A stretch of DNA of 64,000 bases from Ruditapes philippinarum (Eukaryota). The stretch is from assembly GCF_026571515.1 (NCBI RefSeq), contig NW_026854133.1, positions 62,001-126,000 of the forward strand, given 5' to 3'. Below the pieces are notes generated by a model that was not told the origin of the DNA, ran no database searches, and saw only the letters and a list, made by a program, of their open reading frames with translations. The position numbers and the translations under genes were made by a program. Numbering within the stretch: the first letter of the stretch is position 1; every line of letters starts with the position of its first letter. Positions 60,961 through 64,000 of this stretch are shown one piece after another.

Positions 60961-61110
60961 TAGGGTTAACGCACGTTTTTCCGTGTTATAACGTCTGCAG
61001 AGTCCCGAGGAATGGTTGGTGCCCGAGCCCGGTAGGGCGAGGGCTCCAATAGTTCCGAGGGACTCTGCAGACGTTATAACACGAAATAAACGTGCGTTGA
61101 CGCTATTATA
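60961..61110. repeat. About 150-bp foldback hairpin (probable DNA-element terminus)
   Basis: aacgcacgttt..cgtgttataacgtctgcagagtccc is mirrored by gggactctgcagacgttataacacg...aaacgtgcgtt. Confidence 0.85.
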
Positions 61111-61849
61111 GCATAAAATTTTCAAACAGATTCGTGATGTATAGTTTATACAAAACACAATTACATTAAAGTCTTGTGCTTGGACGGTATTTATCCAATT
61201 CTATGTTTTACGTATGCGTTTCATTTTTCCGGGGCCAACAACTTTGAAAATTCTCGGAACCGAACGAAATTTTGAATTTTAATTAATTTAACAAAGCTTG
61301 GCCTTTGGAGATTTATTATCTCAAGAAAAAAAACGTTACATTACTCTACCCTCTACCCAAGACAAAACATGACCCTCAGAAATTCTTAGAATGATTTCAG
61401 ATTGACGGTAGAAAAAAGATCAGTGACATCAGAATCGGTTTTTTTTTTCATGCAAACAAGTTTATAAAAAAATCAGGCACTAAGCATTATTCTATCAAAG
61501 AAATATAAAGAGCATTTATCCAACATTAACATAAATAAAAAACATTTTCTCATTATTAATTTTGTGTTATCTAGTTTTGTAAGTTAATCGGAGTGTTAAA
61601 CTGAATGACAGGTAGATTATACTGTATTTGTTTACATTGACAACTGTCCGTTTCTTAGAAAGGGCGACAACCAAGATTAGCACCGATGTCTATACGCCGT
61701 TTTTCCGGCATAGTTACTTGAATATGCGACTGAGGCCATCGAATCAATAAATTTCAATATAACAAGAGCGCATGACTCAAACATATGGAACGCCTGGACT
61801 GTCTTATGTTAAGATTGAATGATATACCTAGTTAAATGTCTTTCTGTTG

Positions 61850-62465
61850 AGTCCGAGATACAAAATGCTGGGTGGAAATCCTAATGTGCTCAGTTATTGA
61901 AGTGCTATGTTGTGTGCTGACTGTATTTTATTCAGTCAAGTCAATGTATTGTCGGGTGCATAAGTCGTTATGTTCAGTTCAAAAAACAAACAGGCATGTG
62001 GAAACACAATTATGTGGAGTTAAAAAGATATGTTGTAGGGTGTTACAGTATTATTTCGGTTTTAAATAATATGCTGTTTTGGTGCTCTACTCATCATGTT
62101 CAACCATGAAAATAAACAGTTGAGTTGGTACTATCATTTTGTTTGGTTGAGCAGTGTATTATTGGGTGATACTTTTATTATTTTCAGTCTTTTGCAATGA
62201 CATGCTGTTGGGTGCTTTATCCTTCTGTTCAGTCGTGAAATAGAACTGTTAAATGGTACAATCATTATCTTAAATGGTACAATCATTATCTTGTGTGCTG
62301 ATTATATCTTCTGCAGTCAAGTCAATGTTGTTGTTCGGTGCAAAGGTCGTTATGTTCAGTGGTTTTTTGTTACTATCATTATGTTCAGTTCAGATGATAT
62401 ACTGTTCGGTGCAGAGGGTCCATTATGTTCAATAGTGAACACACAAACTGTTGTGTGATACAACC
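61850..62465 (-). repeat. Diverged, inverted units of the 84-bp satellite
   Basis: cattatgttcagttcagatgatatactgttcggtgca is the reverse complement of the 63650-64000 unit; similarity decays leftwards. Confidence 0.7.
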
Positions 62466-62689
62466 ATTATGTTGGGTTCATTCGGATATTTTCGGGCAAC
62501 AAGATGGGAGAGGTCACGTCGAGGCTAATGACCACTAAATTGCCAAAAACAATTTTCTTCCCTATAAATATTATCGGGGGCTTAAGAACGTTATTTTCAT
62601 AAATTGGACTTTTAAATACCCTATGGTATTTATTAGTTAATTCATGACTATACTATACTGTTACAGTCATAATGGGTACAGTATATATA

Positions 62690-63515
62690 AAACTAAAATA
62701 TGGGTAAGGGTAGCCTGTTAAAGTCACACGTGACCACCGTAAAATAAAACTTAAAATTTATTGTTTGGTAACCTATAAGAGTCACAAAATGGACACAGCA
62801 AACGAAATTTTAAAAATATAAAACATCAAATATTCAAGTAAGGAAACCCTATTTGAGTCACACATGCCCACAGTATATGGAGCATATAAGGTCAAGGGTA
62901 GCCTATTAAAGTCACATATGGCCACAGCATATACGACTTAAAATGTATTTGTTGGTAACCCATTGAGCTCACACATAACCGCAATAAATGGAACATAATA
63001 TTTAAGTAAGGCAAACCTATTTGAGTCACACATGGCCACAGTAATGGAACATAGATATTAATGTAAAGGTAGCGCAATAAAGTCACACATACCCACATTA
63101 TCGAAGAACAATTCTTATATAAGTAAGGGAAACCTAATTGAGTCACACTAGGCCAAAATAATATGAACATTATGTTTAAGTAAGGGGAAACCTTTTTGAG
63201 TCACGCATAACTAAAGTATATGGAACATTTATATACAAGTTAGGCGGTAGCCTAATAAAATTACATTGTAGACTCAAATACATTTCCCTGACTTAAACAT
63301 TATGTCTAATTATTGTGGCATATGTGACTCAATTAGGTTTCACTTACTTAAAAGAATTTTCTTTATACTTTGGCCATGTTTGACTTTATTAGCCACACTT
63401 ACTTATATATAATGTTCCATTTACTGTGGTCATGTGTGTTTCAAATGGGGGGTTCCATACTTATATTTAACGTTAAACGTTCTTATTACTGTGGCCATGT
63501 GTCGACTCAAATAGG
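62690..63515. repeat. About 60-bp diverged tandem units, forward then inverted
   Basis: aagtaagg..aacctatttgagtcacacatggccacagta to about 63260, then tactgtggccatgtgt.gactcaaatagg from about 63310. Confidence 0.75.
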
Positions 63516-63649
63516 TAATTGTTTGGCAATTTAGTGGTCATTAGCCCTCGACGTGACTATGGAAATTAGTTGCTCCCCGCCGCCATCTTGTTTGACGCGA
63601 AGAAATCCGAATGAACCCAACATAATTGTATGACCGCTCAGCGCATTGT

Positions 63650-64000
63650 CAAAATGACTTGTGCACCGAACAGTATATCATCTGAACTGAACATAATGAC
63701 GGTATCAACACCACAGTTTGTGTTCACTACTGAACATAATGACTTCAGCACCGAACAGATATCATCTGAACTGAACATAATGACGGTATCACACCACAGT
63801 TTGTGTTCACTACTGAACATAATGACCTCTGCACCAAAAAGATATCATCTGAACAGAACATAATGACGATATCACACCACAGTTTTGTGTTCACTACTGA
63901 CCATAATGACTTCTGCACCGAACAGAATATCATCTGAACTGAACATAATGACGGTATCACACCACAGTTTGTGTTCACTACTGACCATGAAAATGACTTC
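63650..64000 (+). repeat. About 84-bp satellite, runs off the window end
   Basis: gcacc anchors at 63663, 63748, 63831 and 63915; ctgaacataatgac occurs twice per unit. Confidence 0.92.

Overview
AT-rich animal genomic DNA with spliceosomal introns; the SINE and MITE types suggest a bivalve mollusc (inference). Left end: first coding exon of bifunctional CoA synthase (COASY, - strand). 4.76-9.32 kb: near-intact LINE (- strand) whose ORF1 and ORF2 are in the same frame, separated by one TAG. 13-47.5 kb: tandem array of four intact cathepsin L-like genes (+ strand), each with 8 coding exons of identical sizes (131/106/159/124/101/161/111/100 nt, 330 aa) and a CLEAR/M-box promoter. All four carry one extra propeptide Cys and one extra mature-domain Cys, a candidate disulfide-tethered propeptide. 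S2-pocket residues differ between copies, exons are mosaic, and copies 2 and 3 have 62-bp tandem arrays of duplicated splice acceptors. After a 144-N gap come DIRS, Tc1 and MITE remnants, then an unrecognised multi-exon gene (54.6-57 kb) with a KR-FLL motif and two 6-Cys modules, a nested TE stack and a palindromic satellite element. All calls were made by eye; no searches were run.
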